Source: an uncultured archaeon
GTDB taxonomy: Archaea; Asgardarchaeota; Lokiarchaeia; Sigyniarchaeales; SOKP01
Assembly: GCA_964388035.1 (NCBI GenBank)
Contig: CAYLZE010000083.1
Span: 1 to 21,188, forward strand
DNA: 21,188 nucleotides
Direction of reading: 5' to 3'
Shown: piece after piece, positions 1 through 9,528 of the stretch
How the letters are laid out: each line of letters starts with the position of its first letter
How positions within the stretch are numbered: position 1 is the first letter of the stretch
The notes under the pieces: model-generated
The model's database searches: none
Told to the model about the DNA's origin: nothing
Seen by the model: only the letters and a program-made list of their open reading frames with translations
Translations under genes and position numbers: made by a program

Positions 1-22
1 TATATTAAGAATAAAGAAGAAT

Positions 23-1645
23 GTGAAAATGAAAATGGAAGTTCCTAGATATGATTATTTATATAAATATGTAAAGTATTGGGCTGAAGAAGAAGATCCC
101 AATTTTCCTTTTTTGAAATTTAAATGGAAAAAGCTTACCGCTAAAGAACTGGATGAAACGGTGGATCATTTAGCAGAAGCTTTGCTAAACTTGGGAATCG
201 AGCGGGGAGATTGCGTGGTCACGATTCTACCCATGATCTTGGAATATGCATTAATCTACTTGGCTGCAAATTCAATTGGTGCAATTGTGGTTCCAATGGA
301 TGTCAGATTTCGACCAGCAGATTATCGTCGGTTCATTCCTCACGTGAATCCAAAATTAATTTTTTTAATCAGTGAAGCACGTGGATATCACATTACCGAA
401 GCAATAAAAGAACTTAGCTCAGAATTTAATCCAAACATTAAATATTTCATGATTGGTAAGGAAGAATTCGGTACCCCGTTTGAGACCCTGTTAGAAATGG
501 ATTATAATCTCCACGAGGCATTGGAGAAAAGACGATCTCATTTAAATCCCGATGATGGCGCATTAGTAATTTTTACGGGAGGCACTACTGGAGTTCCCAA
601 GGCAGCTCTTCTATCCCATAAGAACATCGCAAGTGCAAGTTATTTAGAATCAAGTTTCATTCGAGAGCGCATCATTAAATTGGGAGCAAAATTACGATTT
701 CCCATGCTGTGCAACTTCCCTCCTAGCCACGTTGGCGGATCCATTGAGATGTTTGGTACCCTGATAGCTGGCGGGAATGAAATCATTCTTCAAGAACAAT
801 GGAATCCCTATGGTGTGTTAAGGGCGATTAAAAAAGAAAAAATGCCCTTGATTGGCGGCGTGCCGACGATGTATGCAATTATTAATAGTTTAAATGATTT
901 GGATGATTTTGATTTATCTTCTTTGAAAATTGCAATAGCTAGTGGAGAAAAATTGAGCCTTGAATTATTAAAAGCCATTCAGAAACGGATCTGTCCTAAC
1001 ATCCTTAATGCCTATGGAAGCACGGAATTTGGTCCAGAAGTGACATTCACAGAAATAGGTGATTCACTTGAAGAATTAGCGAATGGATATATCGGAAATT
1101 TATTACCCGAACAAGAAATGAAAATAATTGATGAGAACAATCAGGAAGTTGCGCCGGGAGAAACGGGAGAAATGTTGTTTCGGGGCAGCTTGACTATATC
1201 CGAATATTATAAAATGCCGGAAGAAAATAAAGCTACCTTTATCGAAGGTGGATGGTGTCGTTCTGGAGACCTTGGCTACATTACTAAAGAAGGGAGAATT
1301 TATATTAAAGGACGGAAAAAGTTTATTATACGAGTAGGTAGTTACACGGTTATGCCTTCGGAAGTCGAATCGGTAGTGGTATCGCATCCAAATGTTGCAA
1401 TGGCCGCTGCAATAGGAATGCCCGATAAGATCTATAATGAAGTAGTTTGGGTGGCTGTAGTTCCTCAAGAAGGAAAGAAAGTAATAGAAGAGGAGATCAT
1501 TTCTCTTTGTAAGGAACAATTGGCTGATTTCAAAGTACCTAAAAAAGTAATCATTAAAAAGGATCTTCCTATTACCAGGCTTGCGAAAGTAGATCGCCCA
1601 ACCCTTCAAAAACAACTCATTGAATCATTGAAGGAAAGTAATTAA
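23..1645 (+). CDS. AMP-forming acyl-CoA synthetase (long-chain-fatty-acid--CoA ligase family, ANL superfamily)
   Basis: Motifs present: P-loop IFTGGTTGVPK, AYGSTE, WCRSGDLG, IKGRKK, and the C-terminal catalytic Lys in LPITRLAKVDR. The GTG at 23 may be part of a GTGA RBS, so the real start could be ATG 29 or 35. Confidence 0.93.
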   Translation: MKMKMEVPRYDYLYKYVKYWAEEEDPNFPFLKFKWKKLTAKELDETVDHLAEALLNLGIERGDCVVTILPMILEYALIYLAANSIGAIVVPMDVRFRPADYRRFIPHVNPKLIFLISEARGYHITEAIKELSSEFNPNIKYFMIGKEEFGTPFETLLEMDYNLHEALEKRRSHLNPDDGALVIFTGGTTGVPKAALLSHKNIASASYLESSFIRERIIKLGAKLRFPMLCNFPPSHVGGSIEMFGTLIAGGNEIILQEQWNPYGVLRAIKKEKMPLIGGVPTMYAIINSLNDLDDFDLSSLKIAIASGEKLSLELLKAIQKRICPNILNAYGSTEFGPEVTFTEIGDSLEELANGYIGNLLPEQEMKIIDENNQEVAPGETGEMLFRGSLTISEYYKMPEENKATFIEGGWCRSGDLGYITKEGRIYIKGRKKFIIRVGSYTVMPSEVESVVVSHPNVAMAAAIGMPDKIYNEVVWVAVVPQEGKKVIEEEIISLCKEQLADFKVPKKVIIKKDLPITRLAKVDRPTLQKQLIESLKESN

Positions 1646-1681
1646 ATAGGAATTTCCACATAAATTTTTCATATCGTTCAA

Positions 1682-1698
1682 TTTTTTTTTAATTTTTT
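1682..1698 (+). terminator. Oligo-T tract, putative archaeal-type terminator of the acyl-CoA synthetase gene
   Basis: T9-AA-T6 run about 35 nt after the stop, in a convergent intergenic region. Confidence 0.4.
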
Positions 1699-1742
1699 CA
1701 TGTCATAAAAAGCAAGTTTTAAAAATCTCTCTTATTTATTCT

Positions 1743-3152
1743 TTAGTTCATGTGTTGCTTTTCCTCTTTAAAATTAATGTCGTCCAATTTACCCTTTAAT
1801 GGTTTGACTAAAACGGTATTTATTTGTTTTTCAAACATTTTCCTCGCTTTTTTTGATTTTAAAAGAAGAATAAGCATCCATCTTGTTATCCTGGACTTAT
1901 AATCTTTATTTGGAAAATCAAACATTTTCCTTCGCTTAAAGAAGATGAAATCTTTTTGAAATACAGCTCCGGGTAATCCATAAAGCATGTCCCGGAATAT
2001 TTTATAGCCGCCTTCTTTCAGAAACGTGGGAGGCGCAACATAACGAGTTTCAGAAAACTTAACTGCTTTTCTCGCCATGTTTAAAATTAAGGAATCTATT
2101 GTCTCTGAGTCACCCGATTCATCCGTCACGATATCCACTAAATTAGCATATCCCAATTCGGCAATCGCAGATACCCATTGACTAATATTTTCATTTTGAC
2201 TTAGTTCTCCAGAAATTAAAACACATAATTGGGTTCCTTCTGTGGAAGGTATGTGACCGCGGTAAAAGCATCTATCAAAATATAATTTCCATCGGGAGGA
2301 GAGAAAGCGGTCAACTAATCTTCCTGCATATACTAAAATATCCGTATTTTTTACGTAATTTTCAAAAAAATCTGTAAATTCATCATTATACACGCATTTA
2401 TTATTAAGTCCACATTTTAGACATCCAAGGCAAGCTCCTTTAATATTTATATCATTCAGATTAAAGATTTTTGCACCATTTTCGAAACAATGATTAAAGT
2501 GAAATGCCATTTTCGCCTCATTTGATTCTTGATCAATATAATCCGTTAGGATAATGATTCTTTTATCAAGATTATCAATCTTATCTACCTCCTTTACTTG
2601 ACCGGGAATATAATTAAAATCTTTTTTGAGCATTGCGGGATATTTTCGTGAAATGGGACCGTTGCCTTTAATTTCTTCCAGAAAATATTTCATGAAATAA
2701 TATAATTGTTTCCTTTTTTCGAATTCTATTAAATCGAAGGAGTTGGCCGAAAAAAAGCCATAATATTTCATGCCTAAATCTTCACTGATAGCGCGCATGT
2801 AATTATGAGCCACATGGTCATAAAATTTCATGGAAGTAGAAAGAACCGCGGCATATTTACCACTTAATTCTTGTATTTTTTTTTCAAAAAGGATCTCGAT
2901 ATATTTTTTCAATTGGGCGGGAATTAGCGTAGTATAGACGGGAAAGCTCCAAATTATCGCATCTGCACTGGATATCTGATCAAGTAGATGTTGATAAGTT
3001 TTCTCTTGCAGCCTCATGTTCGTTAATAATTGACCCACATTTAACTCGATGAACTTAATCTCGGGAAACATTTGCTTGAGATAATTTATGTATTGCATGG
3101 TAATGCTCAGTTCATTTCCTTTTGGACTACCGTTCAAAACTGCTATTTCCAT
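1743..3152 (-). CDS. Tandem flavodoxin-fold NAD(P)H-dependent oxidoreductase / iron-sulfur flavoprotein (Isf-like)
   Basis: N-terminal flavodoxin-like domain with VLNGSPKG, ADAIIWSFPVY and PAQLKKYIE. The second domain has the compact CLGCLKCGLNNKC motif (CX2CX2CX5C) typical of Isf [4Fe-4S] binding, followed by KLYFDR. Confidence 0.85.
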   Translation of the reverse strand: MEIAVLNGSPKGNELSITMQYINYLKQMFPEIKFIELNVGQLLTNMRLQEKTYQHLLDQISSADAIIWSFPVYTTLIPAQLKKYIEILFEKKIQELSGKYAAVLSTSMKFYDHVAHNYMRAISEDLGMKYYGFFSANSFDLIEFEKRKQLYYFMKYFLEEIKGNGPISRKYPAMLKKDFNYIPGQVKEVDKIDNLDKRIIILTDYIDQESNEAKMAFHFNHCFENGAKIFNLNDINIKGACLGCLKCGLNNKCVYNDEFTDFFENYVKNTDILVYAGRLVDRFLSSRWKLYFDRCFYRGHIPSTEGTQLCVLISGELSQNENISQWVSAIAELGYANLVDIVTDESGDSETIDSLILNMARKAVKFSETRYVAPPTFLKEGGYKIFRDMLYGLPGAVFQKDFIFFKRRKMFDFPNKDYKSRITRWMLILLLKSKKARKMFEKQINTVLVKPLKGKLDDINFKEEKQHMN

Positions 3153-3318
3153 TTTTTTACAGAAGAAGTATTATTATAATTAGGATTCTTATATAAGTCT
3201 TAAAATGGATAAAAAATTACGTTTTCTAATGATTATAAGAGTTGTTTGTTAATATAATTCATTTCACATGAAAAGATAATAATAGGCATATCAACAATAA
3301 TAAAGGTCATGCGAAAAA

Positions 3319-5637
3319 ATGAAAATGAATGATGAAATTTCGACAGAAGCTTATAAAAGAGCGGAAAGCTTTCTGCCTTGGAATGCTCAAAAATTAATAA
3401 AAAACGGGTATCTTAAACCAAATTGGATAGAAAATTCAAGTAAATTTTGGTATTTAATCGAAACGGACGAAAAAAGAGAGTTTTTATGTGTTGATCCGAA
3501 AACAAAGAAAAAAAGTAGAGCGTTTGATCATAATAAATTAACAAAAAACTTGAATCGAGTCACTGGCAAGAAGTACTCATCAACACAATTGCCATTCGAT
3601 ACGATTGAATTTAAAAATGATGGAACTATAATGGAATTCAATATTCGGAAAAATTATTGGTCGTGCGATTTAACTACATATGAATGCACGAAAATTAAAC
3701 GAGAACCAGAAACTCCTTCTAACTGGCTCGTATCACCTGACAGGCAAAAAGCTCTCTTTATCAAAGATTATAATGCGTATGCTATTGATCTCTCCACTGG
3801 AAAAAAGATTCAATTAACTAAGGACGGTGAAAAGGATAATGATTATGGATCGTCTCCAGAATCAAATACTTTTGCAATCACTCTCCGTCGTTTAAACATG
3901 GAAAGCCCTCCAATCGCATCATGGTCTCCCGATTCCAAAAAGATTCTCATTCATAAAATCAATCAAAAAAGTGTTAAAAAATTATATTTGATTCAGTCCG
4001 TAGGATTACGGGGTAGTTCAAGACCCTTATTACATGAATATCATTATCCCCTACCTCAAGATGATGAAAGAGCCTTATGCTCGACATATATTTTAGATTT
4101 AGAAAAAGAAAAAGCTATCTTAACAAGGCATGATCCTTATCCTTTAGATTACTTGTCTCTAATAGAACACAAGTACGCCTGGTGGGGAAAAGAAAGCAAG
4201 ACAACATACATTATATATTTTGAAAGAGGGCATGACGAAGTTACTCTGTGTGAAATAGATGTTTTTACCGGTGATACGAGAACCATCCTAACCGAAAAGA
4301 GCGCATCATTCATGGACCTAAATCCCAATCCCGATAAAAAACCAAATGTTAGCGTTGTAAATCAGGGTAAAGATGTAATTTGGTATTCTGAAAGAGATGG
4401 GTGGGGCCACCTTTATTTATATGACTGCGAAACGGGTGAAATGAAGAACCAGATCACTTCAGGAGAATGGGTAGTTCATGATATCATCCTTATCGATGAA
4501 GAAGAGAAATGGATATATTTTACTGCAGGAGGAAGAGAGCCAGGAATTGACCCGTATTATAGATTGTTATATCGAGTTCATTTTGATGGAGCAAGTCTTC
4601 AATTATTAACTCCCGAACCAGCAGATCATGATATTATTTTTTCTCCCGATGGAAAGTATTTTATTGATAATATTTCCAAAGTAGATGAAATTCCTCATTC
4701 TCTTTTGCGTTCAGCCAACGGGGAACTCATGCTGAACTTGGAAAAAGCCAATATTAATAAGCTCATGGATATGGGATGGAAATTTCCTGAAAGATTCACT
4801 CTGAAAGCTAGAGATAATACAACGGATTTATATGGCGTGATCTTCAAACCAATAAATTTTACCCCAAAACAGCAATACCCCATCATTGATTTTATTTATC
4901 CCGGTCCTCAAAGAATTAATACTCCCAAATCCTTTCCCATGAAATTAAATGCTAGCATTTTGGAATATTGGGACCCGCAAGCTCTTGCAGAATTAGGTTT
5001 TATCGTGATTGTTATGGATGGATTTGGAACTCCCTTGAGGTCAAAAAAGTTCCTCGACTATTCCTATGGCAAAATGGAAGAAGCAGGAGGATTGGAAGAC
5101 CACGTGAAGATAATAAAGGAATTGGCTAAATCTCATTCATTCATGAACTTGGAGAAGGTGGGAATTTACGGTCATTCAGGTGGGGGGTATGCTTCAGCAA
5201 GAGCAATACTAGAATATCCAGACTTTTACAAGGTAGCAGTAAGCTCTGCAGGTAATCATGATCAAAGGGGTTATGTGGCAGGATGGGGAGAGAAATATCA
5301 AGGATTAGTTCAAAATACTGATTATACTCATCAAGCTAATTCAAAGCTTGCGAATAATTTGAAAGGTAAACTATTCTTAGTGTGCGGGGACATGGATGAT
5401 AATGTTCATTTTTCATTGACCTATCAACTGGCAGATGCCTTGATTAAAGCAAATAAAGATTTTGACATGCTCGTTTTGCCAAATCGAAATCATTATTTCT
5501 TGATTGATGAATATTTTATCCGAAAACGCTGGGATTATTTTGTAAGATACCTATTAGACCAAACTCCCTCAAAAAGCTATAAGATTAAACCCCCCAGCAT
5601 GGAATTCATTATAGCATTAGCATCCCAGCAATTTTAA
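3319..5637 (+). CDS. S9B family peptidase (dipeptidyl peptidase IV-like)
   Basis: Beta-propeller region (WSPDSKK, SERDGWGHLYLYD, FSPDGKYF), IYPGPQ, nucleophile elbow GHSGGG, Asp in DMDDNVH, and His in NRNHYF. No signal peptide is evident. Confidence 0.95.
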   Translation: MKMNDEISTEAYKRAESFLPWNAQKLIKNGYLKPNWIENSSKFWYLIETDEKREFLCVDPKTKKKSRAFDHNKLTKNLNRVTGKKYSSTQLPFDTIEFKNDGTIMEFNIRKNYWSCDLTTYECTKIKREPETPSNWLVSPDRQKALFIKDYNAYAIDLSTGKKIQLTKDGEKDNDYGSSPESNTFAITLRRLNMESPPIASWSPDSKKILIHKINQKSVKKLYLIQSVGLRGSSRPLLHEYHYPLPQDDERALCSTYILDLEKEKAILTRHDPYPLDYLSLIEHKYAWWGKESKTTYIIYFERGHDEVTLCEIDVFTGDTRTILTEKSASFMDLNPNPDKKPNVSVVNQGKDVIWYSERDGWGHLYLYDCETGEMKNQITSGEWVVHDIILIDEEEKWIYFTAGGREPGIDPYYRLLYRVHFDGASLQLLTPEPADHDIIFSPDGKYFIDNISKVDEIPHSLLRSANGELMLNLEKANINKLMDMGWKFPERFTLKARDNTTDLYGVIFKPINFTPKQQYPIIDFIYPGPQRINTPKSFPMKLNASILEYWDPQALAELGFIVIVMDGFGTPLRSKKFLDYSYGKMEEAGGLEDHVKIIKELAKSHSFMNLEKVGIYGHSGGGYASARAILEYPDFYKVAVSSAGNHDQRGYVAGWGEKYQGLVQNTDYTHQANSKLANNLKGKLFLVCGDMDDNVHFSLTYQLADALIKANKDFDMLVLPNRNHYFLIDEYFIRKRWDYFVRYLLDQTPSKSYKIKPPSMEFIIALASQQF

Positions 5638-5692
5638 CAAAAAAATATACCATGGGATGATTTGTCCCGCAGTCAGATTTTTATCAAATAAG

Positions 5693-5738
5693 TATAAATA
5701 TAACAATAGGATAATTGGAATATAGAATAATAAGGTGA
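5693..5738 (+). promoter_or_regulatory. Putative TATA box (TATAAATA, 5693-5700) and RBS (AAGGTGA, 5732-5738) of the MBL-fold gene
   Basis: GGTGA ends 7 nt before ATG 5746, and a TATA-like octamer lies about 50 nt upstream of the ATG. Confidence 0.55.
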
Positions 5739-5745
5739 ATAAAAA

Positions 5746-6633
5746 ATGGCTCACATGGATAAAGAGGGCAAATTTAATGCGAATACTTATCTCATAGACT
5801 CAGAGTTCTTTAAATTGCCCAAAACCCTGGCACTCTATGTCATTGAAAGTGGAAATGAACGCATGTTGATTGATACGGGTGATACATTATCTGCAAGAAA
5901 GACGGTGAAAAAATTACAAGAAATGAAACTCTCTCCCATACAAAAGATATTTTTTACGCATGCTCATTGGGATCACATCCAAGCATTTCATCGGCTTGAG
6001 AAATTAATGAAAGAGGCTGATTTGGAAGTTCTAGCCCATGAAAACGCCGTGGAGATATTGAAACATCCCGAGAAAATGAATGAATTTTTTGGGTACGCGG
6101 TTGAACCGATTGAGGCAACAACTACCTTGAAAGAAGGAGATGTAATAAACCTGAACGGATTAGAATTAGAAATCATTGAATTTTTCGGTCATACCCAAGA
6201 TTCCATAGCAATCTATAATAAAAGCCTTAAGCATCTCATCGTAGGAGATGCAATAATCGATAGAATAGATCGCAATACTTATGTTACTGTATTGTTTGGA
6301 CCCAATTTTGATGAACCTTCTTTATTAAAGTCCTATGAAAAATTGAGGCGCATGAAAGATAAAATTGATTCCATTTCCCTTGCTCATTTTGGCACTTACA
6401 CGGCAGAGGATAAGGACTACATTATCGATAATGTGGAAGAAATGTATTTTAAAGCCAAGAATGCCTTAATAAAATGGTATAATGAGGGTCTTTCCGTAGA
6501 AGAAATCACGGAAAAGTACCAAGAAAATATTATTCCTAACTCAACACTCTTTAATAAAGAATCCCTTCAAGGATTACAGTGGAATATCGGACAAAATATC
6601 GATTCGCTTAAAGCTGCAGGATTAATAAACTAA
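5746..6633 (+). CDS. Metallo-beta-lactamase-fold hydrolase (glyoxalase II-like)
   Basis: LIDTG, THAHWDH (HxHxDH), GHT, GDA and AHFG metal-ligand motifs; good RBS. Confidence 0.92.
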   Translation: MAHMDKEGKFNANTYLIDSEFFKLPKTLALYVIESGNERMLIDTGDTLSARKTVKKLQEMKLSPIQKIFFTHAHWDHIQAFHRLEKLMKEADLEVLAHENAVEILKHPEKMNEFFGYAVEPIEATTTLKEGDVINLNGLELEIIEFFGHTQDSIAIYNKSLKHLIVGDAIIDRIDRNTYVTVLFGPNFDEPSLLKSYEKLRRMKDKIDSISLAHFGTYTAEDKDYIIDNVEEMYFKAKNALIKWYNEGLSVEEITEKYQENIIPNSTLFNKESLQGLQWNIGQNIDSLKAAGLIN

Positions 6634-6639
6634 ATTGAA

Positions 6640-6674
6640 TTTTTTTTAATTTATCACTATATTTTATTTTTTTT
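6640..6674 (+). terminator. Oligo-T tracts after the MBL-fold gene, putative terminator
   Basis: Several T4-T8 runs immediately after the stop codon. Confidence 0.4.
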
Positions 6675-6792
6675 CCTTGTATTTTCGATAAGGACAATTC
6701 CATATATCGGCATGTTAAGCCAAAATCTAAGTAATTTTTCCTTTTTTGCTGATTTATTAAGTTCAGTTATCGAATTTTCACATGCATTACAA

Positions 6793-7191
6793 TTAATCAA
6801 GTTTACTACCGCACGAAGTACAATATTTTTGTGTGCTTGGATTGATAATCGGTGTTCCGCATTTCGGGCAGATTTTCTGAACTGTTTTGTTCAGCATGGG
6901 CTCGGGTGTGGACCAGTATGTTTGAGAAGTGTTCGATGAAGATTTGCGTTTAGTGGATGAGCTTTCACCAAAATCTCCTTCAACAAGACCACAGCAACAT
7001 AGGCAACCAAATATCGCTCCAAAGAGAGCTAAAATACCCATAAAACTTCCTTCTAATAAGCGACTCCAATAGTCCGAAATTGGTGGGTAGGTAGAGCCAA
7101 CAAGTCCGTAAGGGATTAACCACATCAAAAATGTAACAAAGAAAAAACAACAAATAGAAGTAATAGTGATAACAATAAAAAATGTTTTCAT
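6793..7191 (-). CDS. Small membrane protein with two predicted TM helices and a C-terminal zinc ribbon
   Basis: Two hydrophobic segments, a Ser/Thr-rich linker, then CPKCG-x10-CTSCG. AGGA and GGTGA RBS-like sequences lie upstream on the minus strand. Confidence 0.8.
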   Translation of the reverse strand: MKTFFIVITITSICCFFFVTFLMWLIPYGLVGSTYPPISDYWSRLLEGSFMGILALFGAIFGCLCCCGLVEGDFGESSSTKRKSSSNTSQTYWSTPEPMLNKTVQKICPKCGTPIINPSTQKYCTSCGSKLD

Positions 7192-7649
7192 GTTTCCTAT
7201 TAGATTTCACCTTTTTTTAATCAATAGTATTGTTTTATATATACAAAATTACTCTTTTTCTAAATTCAATTTTAGATTTCATAAAGTAAATCAATGAATT
7301 TATTTATAAAGGAAATCCTAACATGGATATTATTATCGATATTTTTGATAAAGAGTTCATGTATTAAATAAAATCGTATATAACGTTTCTTTCATTTACA
7401 TTGGACCATATTATATGATATTCCCATACTTTTTTGCTTTGCTGGAAAACATTGACAAGTTTTAAATAATTTTAAAAAAAGAGGGCGAATATAAGTGAAA
7501 GTTCTCTCTATAAATTTATAACATGATATGGAGTATGAAAATGTCAAGATACTTAAAGCTGCAATATTAAAGTAAAGAATTTTTTGCATTTCACTTTAAA
7601 CATGACGACTGTTTACCCTATTTCATTTTGTTTGGGTTTTAATGTAGTT

Positions 7650-7673
7650 TAAGGATTATATCACGAATCCTTA
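7650..7673. promoter_or_regulatory. Perfect inverted repeat TAAGGATT-N8-AATCCTTA, candidate transcription-factor site
   Basis: 8-bp perfect arms in the divergent intergenic region, about 40 nt upstream of a TATA-like AAAAGATATATA preceding the aspartase-family gene. Confidence 0.35.
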
Positions 7674-7766
7674 GGAATCACTGATTAAAAGTTCAAAAAT
7701 ATTTGAGTAATAAAAGATATATAGGTGGTAACAGAACAATGAATTATTACTTACCCCCGTTTAATC

Positions 7767-9131
7767 ATGGAAAAAAAAAGAATGAGAATTGAGTCTGATT
7801 TACTCGGTACAATTGAAGTTCCTATTGAGAAATATTATGGTGCTCAAACGCAAAGGGCACTATTAAATTTCCCCGTTGGAAATCAAAAAACTCTGGGAGA
7901 TTATCTTCCCTTAATCAAGGGGTTAACTTCATGTAAAAAGGCAGCAGCTATTGTAAATGCAAAACACGGATATATCACCGAAAAACAAAAAGAAGCAATA
8001 ATTAAAGCAGTAGATCAGATATTCGTAAAAAATATGAGCGATCAATTTCCCATCCATTACCTATATGGTGGAGGTGGCACCAGTGGGAATATGAACGTTA
8101 ATGAAGTAATAGCCAACATTGCTGAAGAATTATTAGGGGGAAAACGTGGTGAATATGAGCTAATTCATCCCAATACTCATGTAAATTTAAACCAATCCAC
8201 GAATGATGTATATCCTACTGCTTGTCATATAGCAATTATAAATGAATGGCCGAAATTAAGAAGTGCGTTAAACGATCTCGTGAGTTCCATCAATCAACGT
8301 TCTAAAGAATTAGAAAATCAGAAGAGGGTTGCTCGCACCTGTTTACAAGAGGCCGTCGACATTACCTTCAAGGATTTTTTAGGGGGATATGTGGGATTTT
8401 TAAATCGAGCCATAAAAAGATTGGAGCATTCTGTCCATGAATTGTATTCGATTAATCTTGGTGGAACCATTGTTGGGAGAAAAATCGACGTTCCTCAAGC
8501 TTATTTAAAAGATATTATTCCGGCATTTAGAGATGTAACTGGGGATGCAAACTATATTCCTGCCGAGAATTACTTTGATGCGGCTCAAAATGTCGATACT
8601 ATGGGAGAAGTAGCCCATTCCTTAGCTATTCTAGCTCATGGGTTAATTAAGATTGGTAAAGATTTCCGTTTAATGAATTCGGGTCCCGAGGCAGGTTTCA
8701 ATGAAATTATTTTACCGCCTGTTCAACCGGGGTCCTCTATAATGCCCGGAAAAATCAATCCAGTGATTCCCGAATTTTTGATACAATGTTGCTTCATGGT
8801 AATCGGGAATACATCGGCATGCGATTTAACATTTAACCATGGTGAATTGGATCTGAATATCTGGGAAACCCTCTTAGTGGTCAACATTTTAGATTCAATG
8901 GAATTATTAATGAATGGATTAAGGACGTTTGAAGAAAAATGCATACAAGGGTTCAAAGTTAATATTGAAATTAATAATAGAAATGCCGAGTCAATCATTC
9001 CTTTATTAACGAAATTGATGCATCAGCATGGATATAACAAGATTAACGAAATTTGCAAAAAAGCAGTGGGTGATATTGAAAAACTTAAACGTTTGTTAAA
9101 GGAAGAAGATTTATCAGAATCTAAAAAGTAG
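7767..9131 (+). CDS. aspA: Aspartate ammonia-lyase family protein (fumarase/aspartase superfamily)
   Basis: YYGAQTQRA, GGGGTSGNMNVNEVIAN, NQSTNDVYPTA, SGPEAGFNEI and the signature GSSIMPGKINPVIPE. The RTH motif reads RTC, so the exact substrate is uncertain. Confidence 0.82.
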   Translation: MEKKRMRIESDLLGTIEVPIEKYYGAQTQRALLNFPVGNQKTLGDYLPLIKGLTSCKKAAAIVNAKHGYITEKQKEAIIKAVDQIFVKNMSDQFPIHYLYGGGGTSGNMNVNEVIANIAEELLGGKRGEYELIHPNTHVNLNQSTNDVYPTACHIAIINEWPKLRSALNDLVSSINQRSKELENQKRVARTCLQEAVDITFKDFLGGYVGFLNRAIKRLEHSVHELYSINLGGTIVGRKIDVPQAYLKDIIPAFRDVTGDANYIPAENYFDAAQNVDTMGEVAHSLAILAHGLIKIGKDFRLMNSGPEAGFNEIILPPVQPGSSIMPGKINPVIPEFLIQCCFMVIGNTSACDLTFNHGELDLNIWETLLVVNILDSMELLMNGLRTFEEKCIQGFKVNIEINNRNAESIIPLLTKLMHQHGYNKINEICKKAVGDIEKLKRLLKEEDLSESKK

Positions 9132-9528
9132 AACTTTACTCCGTTATCTCATTAGAAGATAGATATAAATTAAAATTGATCATGTATCTCGTAAGCCGAG
9201 ATAAATATTTCGTATCGTACATGAGAATTCATTTTTTCCTCTTACATTAATTGCTTACCTATAACAAATTAGATCTGCTTCTAAAGAAGAGTAGTTTGGT
9301 TGAAGTATATAATTATATATATATCTGGTATAAATATCCAAAAGTTTATAAGGGTAAAAATTCCAAAATTTTTTAATATCGGACTTTTTCTTCTTTTATA
9401 AGAAGTATATTTTGTTAAATTTATTATTATAAAGTTTAAAATAAAAAATTAAGGTACATTCGGGAATGTGGTACCATTTTCATTCTTCTGATGTATTTAT
9501 TTATAAAGATGAGTGAGATTGATAAATC

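Noticed and set aside
1103-1615. 170-aa antisense ORF, and the other ORFs nested in real genes (4695-4886, 5988-6176, 8723-8998, 10155-10613, 11151-11387, 11471-11656, 12137-12565, 12673-12873, 13937-14278, 15524-16126, 17320-18121, 18961-19236)
   Set aside because: They overlap well-supported CDSs, have no recognisable motifs, and look like shadow or alternative-frame ORFs.
6712-7210. ORFs 6712-6939 (+) and 6980-7210 (-)
   Set aside because: They overlap the zinc-ribbon membrane protein, which has a coherent domain architecture; these have none.
7392-7589. 65-aa minus-strand ORF in the long intergenic region
   Set aside because: No motif or clear RBS, and composition typical of AT-rich noncoding DNA. 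It cannot be supported, though it is not strictly excluded.
7724-7792. GGTGG followed by ATG 7739 opening a 17-aa uORF that overlaps the aspA start across an A9 run, plus a weak GGTGGTAA/TTACCCCC hairpin
   Set aside because: aspA has its own in-frame ATGs at the expected N-terminus (MRIESDLLG), so no recoding is needed. Short uORFs are expected by chance.
9129-9240. Possible Sec/Pyl read-through (aspA TAG, sulfatase TGA) with a SECIS/PYLIS-like downstream stem
   Set aside because: Both frames hit another stop within about 8-13 codons, and no catalytic residue is missing at those positions.
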